A DNA stretch of 64,000 nt from Takakia lepidozioides (taxonomy: Eukaryota; Plantae; Bryophyta). Made by a program: the position numbers and the translations under genes. Under the pieces are notes generated by a model. The model was not told the DNA's origin, searched no databases, and saw only the letters and a list, made by a program, of their open reading frames with translations. Where the stretch lies: the NCBI GenBank assembly GCA_030704615.1, contig CM060732.1:29450001-29514000 (forward strand), written 5' to 3'. Shown here in pieces: positions 1 through 10,109 of this stretch. Each line of letters opens with the position of its first letter. Position 1 is the stretch's first letter.

Positions 1-559
1 TGGATCCGGGGTTCTAAAATACTTAGACTTAGATGCAGAGGAAGCGGGGATAGATTGTACTGACTCTGAGTCAGACTGAACTGTATTCTTTTAATATTCA
101 TTTTCATACTATCTGGAAAACGTTGAATCCCCTTCCTCCACCGTAGTTGTTCCTTTAGAACAAATAATAATCACAGAATCAACGTTCATTTAAATTGCAA
201 TATGTATGAATCCATCTCACAAACCTCCCTGACTCTTCTCATATCCATTGTGCATTCATCTACAGTGTATTCATGCGTGCTCTATTCATGAATTTTTTCC
301 TTTGTTCAACATCCATTGTACATTCATCCTCTGCACTCTTGAATCCACCCCACAAACCTTCCACACTCATTTCATATACGTTGTGCATTCGTCAAAAGTT
401 TTGGTCATGCATCTTCCTGTCATGAATTTTTGTCATTGCTCAACATCCATTATACATTAATCCATTTTACTCTTATCCATCCCTCATTCATCCATCTATA
501 TTCATTTTTCACACTCATCCATCTGTTTATCATCCAACTATACATTCATCCATCCTTTA

Positions 560-777
560 TTCAATGCCTTTTATTATGTCGTCCAGCTTGTTTCCGCGGT
601 AAAGGGTGCCGATCCGCGGGAATACACTCCACTTCTTTTTGGGCGCGTGGTGACGCGGCCTTCACGTGTGATGACGTGGAGTGAGCCCCGTGACGTGGCA
701 TTTGCGCAAGGTGACGTGGCGTGAGCGCAGTTGCGCTCACGCGCTCACATGACCAGGCTCACGTCGAGGCATCCCTG
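560..777. mobile_element. Probable hAT DNA transposon end inserted into the ParB-MTase gene of copy A
   Basis: Ends in GCATCCCTG (reverse complement CAGGGATGC, like the Ac/Ds TIR start CAGGGATG) exactly where homology to the MULE copies begins. Subterminal TGACGTGG/GCTCAC repeats are present. The other end and TSD are not in the window. Confidence 0.45.
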
Positions 778-3700
778 CTCCAGTTGGGGATGCTCCAGCT
801 GCTCAGCCCCTACCGCCACCAGCAGAAATGTCTCCGGAGGAATTCCAAAGTGCAGCGGATACAATGTTGGAGGAGACACACAGTAGCATTGGCAGAGTTC
901 TGGGCAACAGGGTATTCCAGCGGACTCTTCGAATCCCACTCTGTCGCATGGTCTCCCTTCCCATCGTCAGGCAGGCACTTCCCGGAGATGTGGATCAGCT
1001 CAAGTTCGCATTTCGAGAAGGGTACCGTCTAGGTTCGCCAGCCTTCTACGTTTCCCTTGAGAATGAGGACGGCGAATCTCGTGGACCCACTGCGGATGAA
1101 TTGTCAACATGGGATACCCACTGGCACACTCGCAACGACGAATTCGAGGCAACGTTGAAGGGTGATCCAGACTTCGGCCATATGTCGGGTAAAATGTTCT
1201 TTGTGTGGGACGGGAATCACCGACTTCTTGCCTGGTGGGAGTACATCAAGCAGAACCATGCCACGCACATTGGCTGGCATTACATGGTGGAGTGTGTCAT
1301 CCTGAAGGTGAAGGCGGCAGACTCCTCCCTGCTCAAGAATGCCATGGCGGACCTCAACTCGTAAGATACTCATACCCTCCCAAGCACGTTCGAAATGCGG
1401 TGCCGCATTTTGGTTTCCAATCTGTTTTGTTTCCGTGCTTTCGTGGACTGAACTGGAGAGTGTGCCTTGCAGGGTCATTGAAAATGCGTACGTGCATACC
1501 CACATGGCACATATGCTGTACAGGGTGAGGAAAACTGGTCTCACTGATCAGCACATGTTTGCGGAAATGCTGGAGCCCGAGCTCATTCAGAAAGCCGTGG
1601 CAAAAACTGACCGGACATGGTATCATCTCACTATGGATGGAATGGTGGAGGTGATATACGAAGTAAGTCGTCATCCCATTTCCCTCTGCTCATCCTTCCC
1701 CAATTTTTAGTAATCTTTCCACATGAATCGAATGTAACGCTTCTGCATGTTTTTGTTGGCAGTCAAACATCAAGCTGGATTGGGCCCATGCCAAACGCTT
1801 CTTCATGGAAAGTGAGGGGCAGGTCAAAACGTTGCAGTCATTGACTGAGCACTTGAAGGAAGCCGGGGTCAAGTCCAGAATGAAATAGAAGTCAAAGCTT
1901 GTGAAGCTGGTGGCCATTGCAGATCCGGCACTTGGAGAGGACTTCATCCCCGAGATTGCAAAACACTATTCTCGGGCCATGCAGCCGACCATGCAGTTGG
2001 AGAAACTGCATCACCTCTCAACGGCATGTGTTGAGGCGAAAGAGAAGGTGAGGTTTCAATGCACTGAAGTTCCTTCCTAGCAATAGCCACTCTTTTTCTT
2101 GCTCCTGACATTGGATCGGAAATGGCAGACACGATGGTTGTCGATCTGGAATGCATCGGAGAGTATAAGGACAATGTGGTCTTTTCCACTCGAAGTTTCT
2201 GACCCTGCAGTGGATGTGTGGCTCAACCGCATGACTTGGTGGTTCCAGGTAATTTAAGGTACTTCCCCAGATTTGCTTTTCTGAAATGAATTCCCTGAAC
2301 TGCTACGTGACAATGCATGTGGGAATCGCATGTAATGACGAATGCGAAGGAGCAAGTCGTAATGCATACAAATTCGTTCGGCTTGTACGTCAAATGGGAT
2401 GGAACACAAACATTGGAAGACTACGTGACACGTTTCAGATGTGCGTACAAGGACAACTTCTTCGCCAGGGAGTTGCAGACAGCAAGAAGGAGCGTGGAGT
2501 TTACACATCAGGAGGGAGCGGGAAAAGCTGCAATGCGAATTGTTTACAGGTGAAGCTCAGCTGTCCTTGTATGCGAAGCCTGGTTATGAGGTTTGTCTGG
2601 GAAATGCGGCACCGCATTCACATTTTAAGTTTTCGGTTGCATTCTGCGAATACGTTGGTCTCAACTTTTGCTCACGCATGCTGACTGCCCTGCAGGTATA
2701 TGAAATACATGCTTCTTCAGACAGGGGCCCTGGCTCAAGAGCCAGGGCCCAAGCTGTGTCTACACACCCGAGATGCAGAAACAATGGCATGCCGCGCATC
2801 TGGTTGGATGCCCGTGGTACCTGGACATGTCTGGCGGAATTGTTGACAAGTCTGAGAAAGATCTGCACGCGAAAGCAGAAGAAAAGAGAAAGGAAAGACG
2901 TGTCCCTGCTTGGCCAGAGTCGGCAAAGGAAGCTGCTGCTCTGGAACAATCTAGAAAGGCAGCTAAGATGGCACAGAAGACGGTGGAAGCAGCTGTGCAG
3001 GCTCAACAGAAGGGGTCCAAGAAGTGGACTCGCCAGCAAGGAGCAGCAGTTGTGACACCCAAGAAAACAAAGAAGCAGAAACAGATAGTGCAGGTAGAGG
3101 GTGAGGAAGAGGACTCCGATGGAGACTTTGCAACCAGCCCACCCCCCGAAACGCAGCCGAAATCCCCTGTGCCCACCGTTGTCACGAGAGGGACGAGAAC
3201 TGGCTCGGCAAAGAAGGCACTCTTCAACCCCCCGGGGGGGCACCCTTTTGAGCCGGTGGAAATGAAGAGGCCAAAAGTGGATCCCGATATAGTAGTCCAG
3301 TGTGTGAATGAGAGTTTCTTGGCGGCTTTGGATGGACGGGCAGCCAAGTTGGCATACATGAAGACCATGGAGGGTCTGAAGGGCAGAGCACTGAAGAAGG
3401 TGGCTGCCAAAGAGCCTTCCGACACCCCTGGGTTTCTGAAGATGGTCTCGTTCTTTGAGAGGGTGTGTGCAGACAAGGATTGCAGGAGGGGCGGAAATGC
3501 CACCGAGTGGTCTTGCTATATGATCATCTTGGATATTCCGGACGGAGAGCCTGTGGAAGGACTGCAAGCTTTGCCATCTTGGAACAGGTACTCTGAGGAC
3601 TTTTGGAAGAAAGGATTCGGGCTTGCCCGCATGGTGTTGGACGACAGAGGCTGTGTGGTTGTCCTGGCGAGGAGAGGCAAAAACACGCAGACAGGAATTG

Positions 3701-5023
3701 CGAAGTGGACCCGCAAGAGCGCCGTCCCAATTCTGAAGAAGAAGTGGACGTGCATCAACACATTGGGCCTTCGGTCGGAAGGGAAGAAGGTAATTACGAC
3801 ATTGGCACTCGTCCTTTCATTTTCTTAGGAGTTTTGAAATGCGGTGCCGCATTCGATTTCTAATCGTTTCCCACTGTGTATGCAGACGAAGCAGTTCAAT
3901 GCATACTGCTTTGTGAAGGAGAACTCCACCTTTGCTTTCCGGAAGGAGGGATTGTTGGTTGACCCGAACTGCGACCCCATCGATTACGACGTCCTGTTCA
4001 ACAACGTTCCCACAGAACTTCTCCCTCATAGCCTCACTTCAACTAAACCCCTGCAGTATTCACGGACTCGGAGCCCTGCCTTCATTCAGACAATTATGGA
4101 GACATCCACTGACGTGGAGGGCACAGTGCTCGACCTCATCTGTGGGACACGTATGCAGAATCTTGTTGTATGCTGTTCTGCAAATTCTCGTTATGCTTTA
4201 ATTCGCAACATCTGAAGGGCCATGTCATAATGTGTGGATGGCATTGTAACAGGTGCCTCAATGTGGGCTGGGCGGCTTTTCGACCGGAACCTCTTTGCCT
4301 ACGAGGAGGACACATCCGTCTAGGGATCCCATCTGGAAGGGCTGCAACGGAATGTGAAAGCTCCCATCGAAGCCAAAGACTCCTCGGATTCGTCGGAGTC
4401 GGAGGAAGAGACAGTGGACATTGATGCCGAGGAGAACCCGGAATACGAGTGAGTGCAAACATTGTAAGTTTGCAAAGCCTTCTGGGTGATTTTTTGACAA
4501 ACGCATTTCCGGACTGTGGTTCTCATTGGTCTCGTTGGTGATTGTTATGTGCAGGATTCCAGGATCCGGGTCGAAACATGTAGGGCCTACACTTCCTACC
4601 AGGAAGAATGTCCCGTTCTTTGCGAGGGCCGACTTCATGACGAGCCCGGTGAAGGACTACTCCCTTCCTAGTTATGCAGCTAAACTCGCAAATACAGCGA
4701 TTAGACGATGTGAGAATCCCAGTAAAGTAGAGCAGATTTTGGAGAGGGCTAGGGAGGACAGAAGGATAAAGAAAGAGTTGGCAACAACTGAGACAGGTAG
4801 ACGGGTGCGAAAGTTCATATGTGATTCAGCGGATGAGAGCGATGCAGACAGGGAGGACGACGACCCAACGGAGGTGAGATGGTCGGTTCCGCAAGGTGAA
4901 GATGGGATTTTCGAAAGCCTGGCCAACGAGCAGTCCGCTGGAGATGAGAAAAGCAATGACGGGGTGGAGGCGGAGCAGGACAGTCAAGGACAGGACGACG
5001 ATAGTGATGATTTTCAAGATTAA
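778..5023 (+). pseudogene. Multi-exon ParB/Srx-like domain + beta-class DNA amino-methyltransferase-like gene, copy A (5' truncated, internal stop)
   Basis: FFVWDGNHRLLAW (DGNHR at 1209-1223). GT-AG introns at 1361-1472, 1663-1762, ~2550-2695, ~3791-3885, ~4151-4253 and ~4450-4554 join the ORF pieces. Motifs MIILDIPDG (~3520-3546) and GTVLDLICGT|GASMWAG..RNLFAYEED. TAC>TAG stop near 1886. Confidence 0.75.
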
Positions 5024-5139
5024 TAGAATTTTAATGAACTCTCTGTACATTTAAATTCTATTCCAGAGTATATAAAGGAAATTCTCCCCGTCCTTCATGT
5101 CCCCTCTCCCATGTGCTTCACAACGACAACATCGTCCAA

Positions 5140-5770
5140 ACCTGGTCCCTCCCAAAATCGGAAATGCGGCACCGCATTTCAATGTCGGAACGGAAATGTG
5201 GCAACTGCAAAAACCTCCTTTGGAAATGCGGCACCGCATTTCCAGAACCGGGGCAAGAACAATTTTCCATTTCATGGTTTGGACATCAGAAACTGTTCGG
5301 CCGAACGGAAATGAGGTGCCGCATTTCCGTTTCCGACACGACAGTTTTGCCGATTGCCAGCTCCTTCCATGGAGGTAAATGGAAATGCGGAGGTCGAACA
5401 TGGAAATGCAGTGCCGCATTTACATTTTGGAGATGGACATTTTTCCAACTGCAGACCCATCCACGGAAATGCGGCTCCCCATTCCATGATGATAGACGGG
5501 AATGCGGCACCGCATTCCATTGTCCAATAAGAAATTTCGATGACGTACATGGAATTGCGGCGCCGCATTTCCAAAACGGACATCATTGACATTTCCGTCC
5601 AACAAGACGGAATGCCCACACGGGTCTGGAATTGGACAAACAACGATGTCTGTTTTGGAAATGCGGCGCTGCATTTCCATGTTGGGCAATCGAAAGTTTT
5701 TATAGGACAATGTAAGTTTTTATAGGACGATGGAATGTGGTGCCACATTTCCGTCAAAGGGTTTGGAATT
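5140..5770. repeat. Downstream cluster of GGAAATGCGGYRCCGCATTTCC palindromes (copy A)
   Basis: About 10 copies visible, e.g. 5160, 5222, 5307, 5657. Also present in the other copies. Confidence 0.9.
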
Positions 5771-5771
5771 G

Positions 5772-6062
5772 GCAGAAGTGCCCCCACCAGGCTTCGGGCG
5801 TGTGTATCAGATGGCCACGACAGGCTCAGCTGTTCGCAATGAGGTGTACACCATCACCATTTCAGAATTACCCACCTGCAATTGCACCGACTTCCAGATC
5901 ATGGCGAACAAGGGGGCATCATATTGCCCTTGCAAGCATCTGTACTACGTGTACCTAAAGAGACTCCGGTGTAATTCCACAACTCATCACTTCATACATG
6001 CACCAAGGTTGAGCCCCCAAGAGGTGCACACTCTTCTGAATATGGATCCAGGGGACCAGTGA
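5772..6062 (+). pseudogene. Isolated 3' fragment of the MULE transposase (SWIM zinc finger)
   Basis: YTITISELPTCNCTDF...YCPCKHLYYVY fits the SWIM pattern CxC-xn-CxH. Near-identical to the C-terminus of the transposases in B and C. Confidence 0.8.
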
Positions 6063-6839
6063 GCTTGGCTTGCGGTCCCCACACAATGGTACGCCCATCC
6101 TTTTCGGATGGTAGAACTGTATTGCTGCAAGTAGCTCTCACTCTGGCCATAGAAAGGTCCGACTTATGTTTTGCCTACCAGTAACCTGTTTTGCTCGAAC
6201 TAAGATAATACTATGTCATTCACTTGTGTTTCCACGTGCATGTATTTTTGTGTGTTGGAGGGTTCCTGTTTTTCTGCTCTCCCAAACTTTGCTTTCCTCA
6301 TTCGACCCTCGGCAAGGAAATGTGGCGCCGCATTTCCAAGTAACGTCGTAGGTACTGGTAGATGCGGCCTTCGCCAACACCAAACCGCCCAGAAATTTCG
6401 CACGTGCGAACCCTAATGCGGCACCGCATTTCCCAGTTGAGTCGCAAACCTTTCCCGTCGAATACCCGAAGATGACAGAATTGTGAAGTACTGCAGACTC
6501 TATTGGTGCAGACTCTATTGGTTCAATCGCGGCAAAAGGGTCAGCTTCATTCCAATGTTAAGGCATGTAAAACCGCGGAATACTCTATATAGGCCAGTAT
6601 GCGACATCCTTTTGCCGTGGTATACTGGATTTCTTGTTGCACGGTCACTCATTTCCATGAGCGGATCTAAAAAACCATGAGCAGACTTGTTACTGACGAC
6701 ATATCTTCGCCGCATTACAGGATGTGGAACTTCCAAAAACGGCAAGGTCAAATTAAAAAACTATTATTTTAATACTTGTTTAATCTACCGCATTTCCAAA
6801 TTTGGAGGAGTCCGCTCATGAAATCCGCGTGTCTTAGAC

Positions 6840-6907
6840 TTCGGCTCACCGCTCATGTGGCTCATGGCTCATGGCTCATGGTTTCTGCTCATGAAATAGT
6901 AAACCTC
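6840..6907 (-). repeat. Left terminus with tandem (CCATGAG)n heptamers, inverted
   Basis: GCTCATG(G) repeats followed by GAAATAGTAAACCTC. Confidence 0.85.
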
Positions 6908-8007
6908 GCTTTTCAGACGTGCTTGTCATATGGTTATATGGTAACGGAGACTTCTAGTATAGCCAAGGGTGCATTGAAGCTTGAAGGAAATCCAGGCATA
7001 TACGACATATACTACAGGAGAGAGTTTTGGTTATTGCCTCATTGAGAATATGAAAGACATGGGACATGAGTGATGAGAGAGAAGCTAGACTTCACAGATA
7101 TTCAGCAAAAAAAGAAAGTTATTTGAAAGCTAATTTCCATATCTTTGGGAGAGAGGAATAGACATAGGGGAATCATCTAGACCTCTCACACCATTAAGAT
7201 CGGAGAGTACATCACCCATACCGGAGGAACCAGAGTTGGATGCCACTCCTTTTTATTCCTTACAAGAAAGATTAAGGTATTTGGTCAGGAAGAAGATCAG
7301 CCACGAGGGGAGAGATCTGAGGTACATCCGTGGATAAAAGATTTGACAGAAATCTTTGATAAGAGTTGGCATGGAACACCAAAGGCAGGAACTCCAGTTT
7401 CTGAATCACAAGATAAAGAAGGAGAGAAAGATGTGGCAGAGCCAACGGAGAGTTCAAACTCTCCAACACCATTGCAATTGAGTTACATGAGTGAAGAAGA
7501 AGAAATCCAAGAGAAGAACTTGGAAGATGAAAACATAGAGAAGAATTTGAAAGATGAGGAGTATGAAGAAGTAGACCCAACAGTTGAGGTTGAGACTACA
7601 ACCAGGACATCCCAACCTGTTGGACCTGGATCAAGTGGAGCACTTGAATCACAGGCCAACGAAGGTGTCGGCTCAGGGGGATCAGGCGGGCAGCTTGGAT
7701 CTGGCTCTAGGGGGATAGGGAGTGTGGGAAGTAGTGCAACTGGAGCTGGGAATACAGTAAGTACAGAGGGGCCAGTAGCAGGGAGTGCTCAAGGGCCAAT
7801 ACTTGGTGGGAGTTCCACCATTACAACAACAGATCCTCAAGGACCAACACCAACAGGAGGACCAACACCTATCAATGGGCAGGGTGTAGGGCCACAGATG
7901 GCGGTACCTCCAAAACGGGCAAAACCACATTTTCCAATATATGCAGGGAAAGGGGATCCCGATGTACACATTAGCCAATTTGAGCACATGTGTATTGTGA
8001 ACAATGA
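6908..8007 (+). mobile_element. Ty3/gypsy internal fragment (pre-gag region and gag start)
   Basis: ORF 7343-8032 ends in KPHFPIYAGKGDPDVHISQFEHMCIVNND, similar to the gag at 51066 (RPPFLLYDGKSDPDIHLNQFENMCTIYNE). Cut by the LTR starting at 8008. Confidence 0.6.
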
Positions 8008-8856
8008 TGTTAACCGCTGGTTTATGACTTAGACAAAACAGGCTATTAACATTACTGCCCATTTCCTAAGACATGCAACAGAGGTTGTCCGACGGTATGC
8101 TTTCAGAAACGATTACGAAGTAATCGTTTTAAGGATAGCTAAACCATGTACGTCAGATGAAGCCATATCCTTGCGGACTGCTTAATCCTATTGATTAAGA
8201 CCAATCTACAGTCTTTTAAGCATAAAAGATCTTAGTTGAAAGGACTGAAGCCTCTTGGTTCATACAAGCAGATGGTAGTCGAGAGAAAACAAGAACTATT
8301 CTGAGATGATACACATTCTCACCATCTCACGTTCACTCTACACAGAGATACTTCGAATAGCATGGCTTTACTTCAGAGCTCGTCACATCATCACAGAAGT
8401 ACACAGAATCACTCTGAGTCCCTCTAAATACACATTGATCACTGATACTCATACCGCACACCTTCTGAGTTGCGTGCAGTTTTTAATACTATGCTCGAAA
8501 GAGCCGTTACAGCCTGCGGTCGTTAATGACCGTTTGCCTAACTGCCTACGCAACCTAAAAGGTTTGCTAAAAAGTGGCTCGTTGTAGTGGTCGTGAGCCA
8601 TAGTGGTAAACGGTCCACTACTCCCTCTATTGGTTAAAGCGGATGCTATCGTGACGGTGTGATATCGTGGTTCACGGCTCACGGTTACTACACTACCCCT
8701 TACTGCTCTCGTGGTAATGTACCCTTGTCCCGCCATTGGCTAAGTACCGCGTACTTAGCCGTCTCTGCCTCTGGCTCAGGTAGTGTACGTCCATCACTAC
8801 CCAGTATGTCCCGTTGCGACCCTCGTTGTCTGTCCCTCGTAGCATAGTTGTTATCA
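8008..8856 (-). repeat. 3' LTR of a Ty3/gypsy element (same family as the LTR at 49120-50003)
   Basis: TGTTAACC...GTTATCA ends. Reverse-complement match to 49120-50003. Polypurine tract AAAAGAGGGGGGGGAATAAA lies immediately upstream on the minus strand (8857-8876). Confidence 0.85.
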
Positions 8857-9266
8857 TTTATTCCCCCCCCTCTTTTGAAATTGTGTCCGCACAATTTCGT
8901 CAGTTCCTGTACTTGCTGTATCTCTTGGGGATGTAAGGTGGTGGCATGCCTGTCTGCGAGGTAGGAAGTGCGTCCCAGGATTGTCGTGGTGGCAGCTTCT
9001 TGTTCCTGTTATCGTCACTGTCTGGTTGTTCCTCTGGTTTGTGAGTAGGCCAGCTTTCTTCATCAAGGTGTTCTGCTATCCCGTCCCCACGTACCATATC
9101 AATTTTGTTGGTCAAGTTTTCGCGGTAGGTTTGCAGCTCCTCCTTGGTCCAGGATATAATGTGTTTTGTTGCCCTGCTGCCCATTAACCAGTTAACAGCT
9201 TGAACCCATGTTTCTCTGAAAGGGTGGTTTCTGTCCGATACCAATGGTGAAAAGTGGTCCTTCGCC
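8857..9266 (-). mobile_element. PPT and 3' internal region of the LTR element, interrupted by MULE copy B
   Basis: PPT adjacent to the LTR, ORF fragment 8900-9244, abrupt junction to the MULE terminus at 9267. Confidence 0.65.
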
Positions 9267-10109
9267 GAGGTTTACTATTTCATGAGCAGAAACCATGAGC
9301 CATGAGCCATGAGCCATGAGCCGCATGAGCCGCATGAGCGGTGAGCCGAAGTCTAAGATACGCGGATTTCATGAGCGGACTCCTCCAAATTTGGAAATGC
9401 GGCAGATTAAACAAGTATTAAAATAATAGTTTTTTTATTTGACCTTGCCGTTTTTGGACGTTCCAGATCATGTAATGCGGCGAAGATATGTCGTCAGTAA
9501 CAAGTCCGCTCATGGTTTTATAGATCCGCTCATGGAAATAAGTGACCGTGCAACGGGAAATCCAGTATACCACTGCAAAAGGACGTCGCATACTGGCCTG
9601 TATAGAGTATTCCGCGGTTTTACATGCCTTAACATTGGAATGAAGCTGACCCTTTTGCCGCGATTGAACCAATGGAGTCTGCACCAATACAGTCTGCAGT
9701 ACTTCACAATTCTGTCTTCTTCGGGTATTCGGCGGGAAAGGTTTGCAACTGAACTGGGAAATAAGGTGCCGCATTAGGGTTCGCACGTGCGAAATTTCGG
9801 AGCGGTTTGGTGTTGGCGAAGGCCGCCTCTACCAGTACCTACGACGATACTTGGAAATGCGGCGCCGCATTTCCTTGTCGGAGGTCGAATGAGGAAAGCA
9901 AGTTTTCGGAAAGCAGAAAAACATGAACCCTCCAACATACAAAAATACATGCACGTGGAAACAAATGAACGATATAGTAATATCTTAGTTCGAGCAAAAC
10001 AGGTTTCTGGTAGGCAAGACATATGTCGGACCTTTCTGTGGCCAGAGTCTGAGGTACTGGCAGCAGTACAGTTCTACTATCCGAAAAGGATGGGGACCAC
10101 AAGCCAAGC

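Larger units (their letters stand above)
778..6907. mobile_element. MULE element copy A (truncated and rearranged): ParB-MTase gene (+), palindromes, SWIM-coding 3' part of the transposase (+), inverted left end
   Basis: Close identity to copies B/C/D. Ends in GCTCATGAAATAGTAAACCTC at 6907, the reverse complement of the termini at 9267 and 21870. Confidence 0.85.

Noticed and set aside
9439-9777. 112-aa ORF repeated in the left subterminal region of B and C (shorter in A)
   Set aside because: Non-ATG start and no recognisable motif. Conservation is explained by recent duplication of the element.
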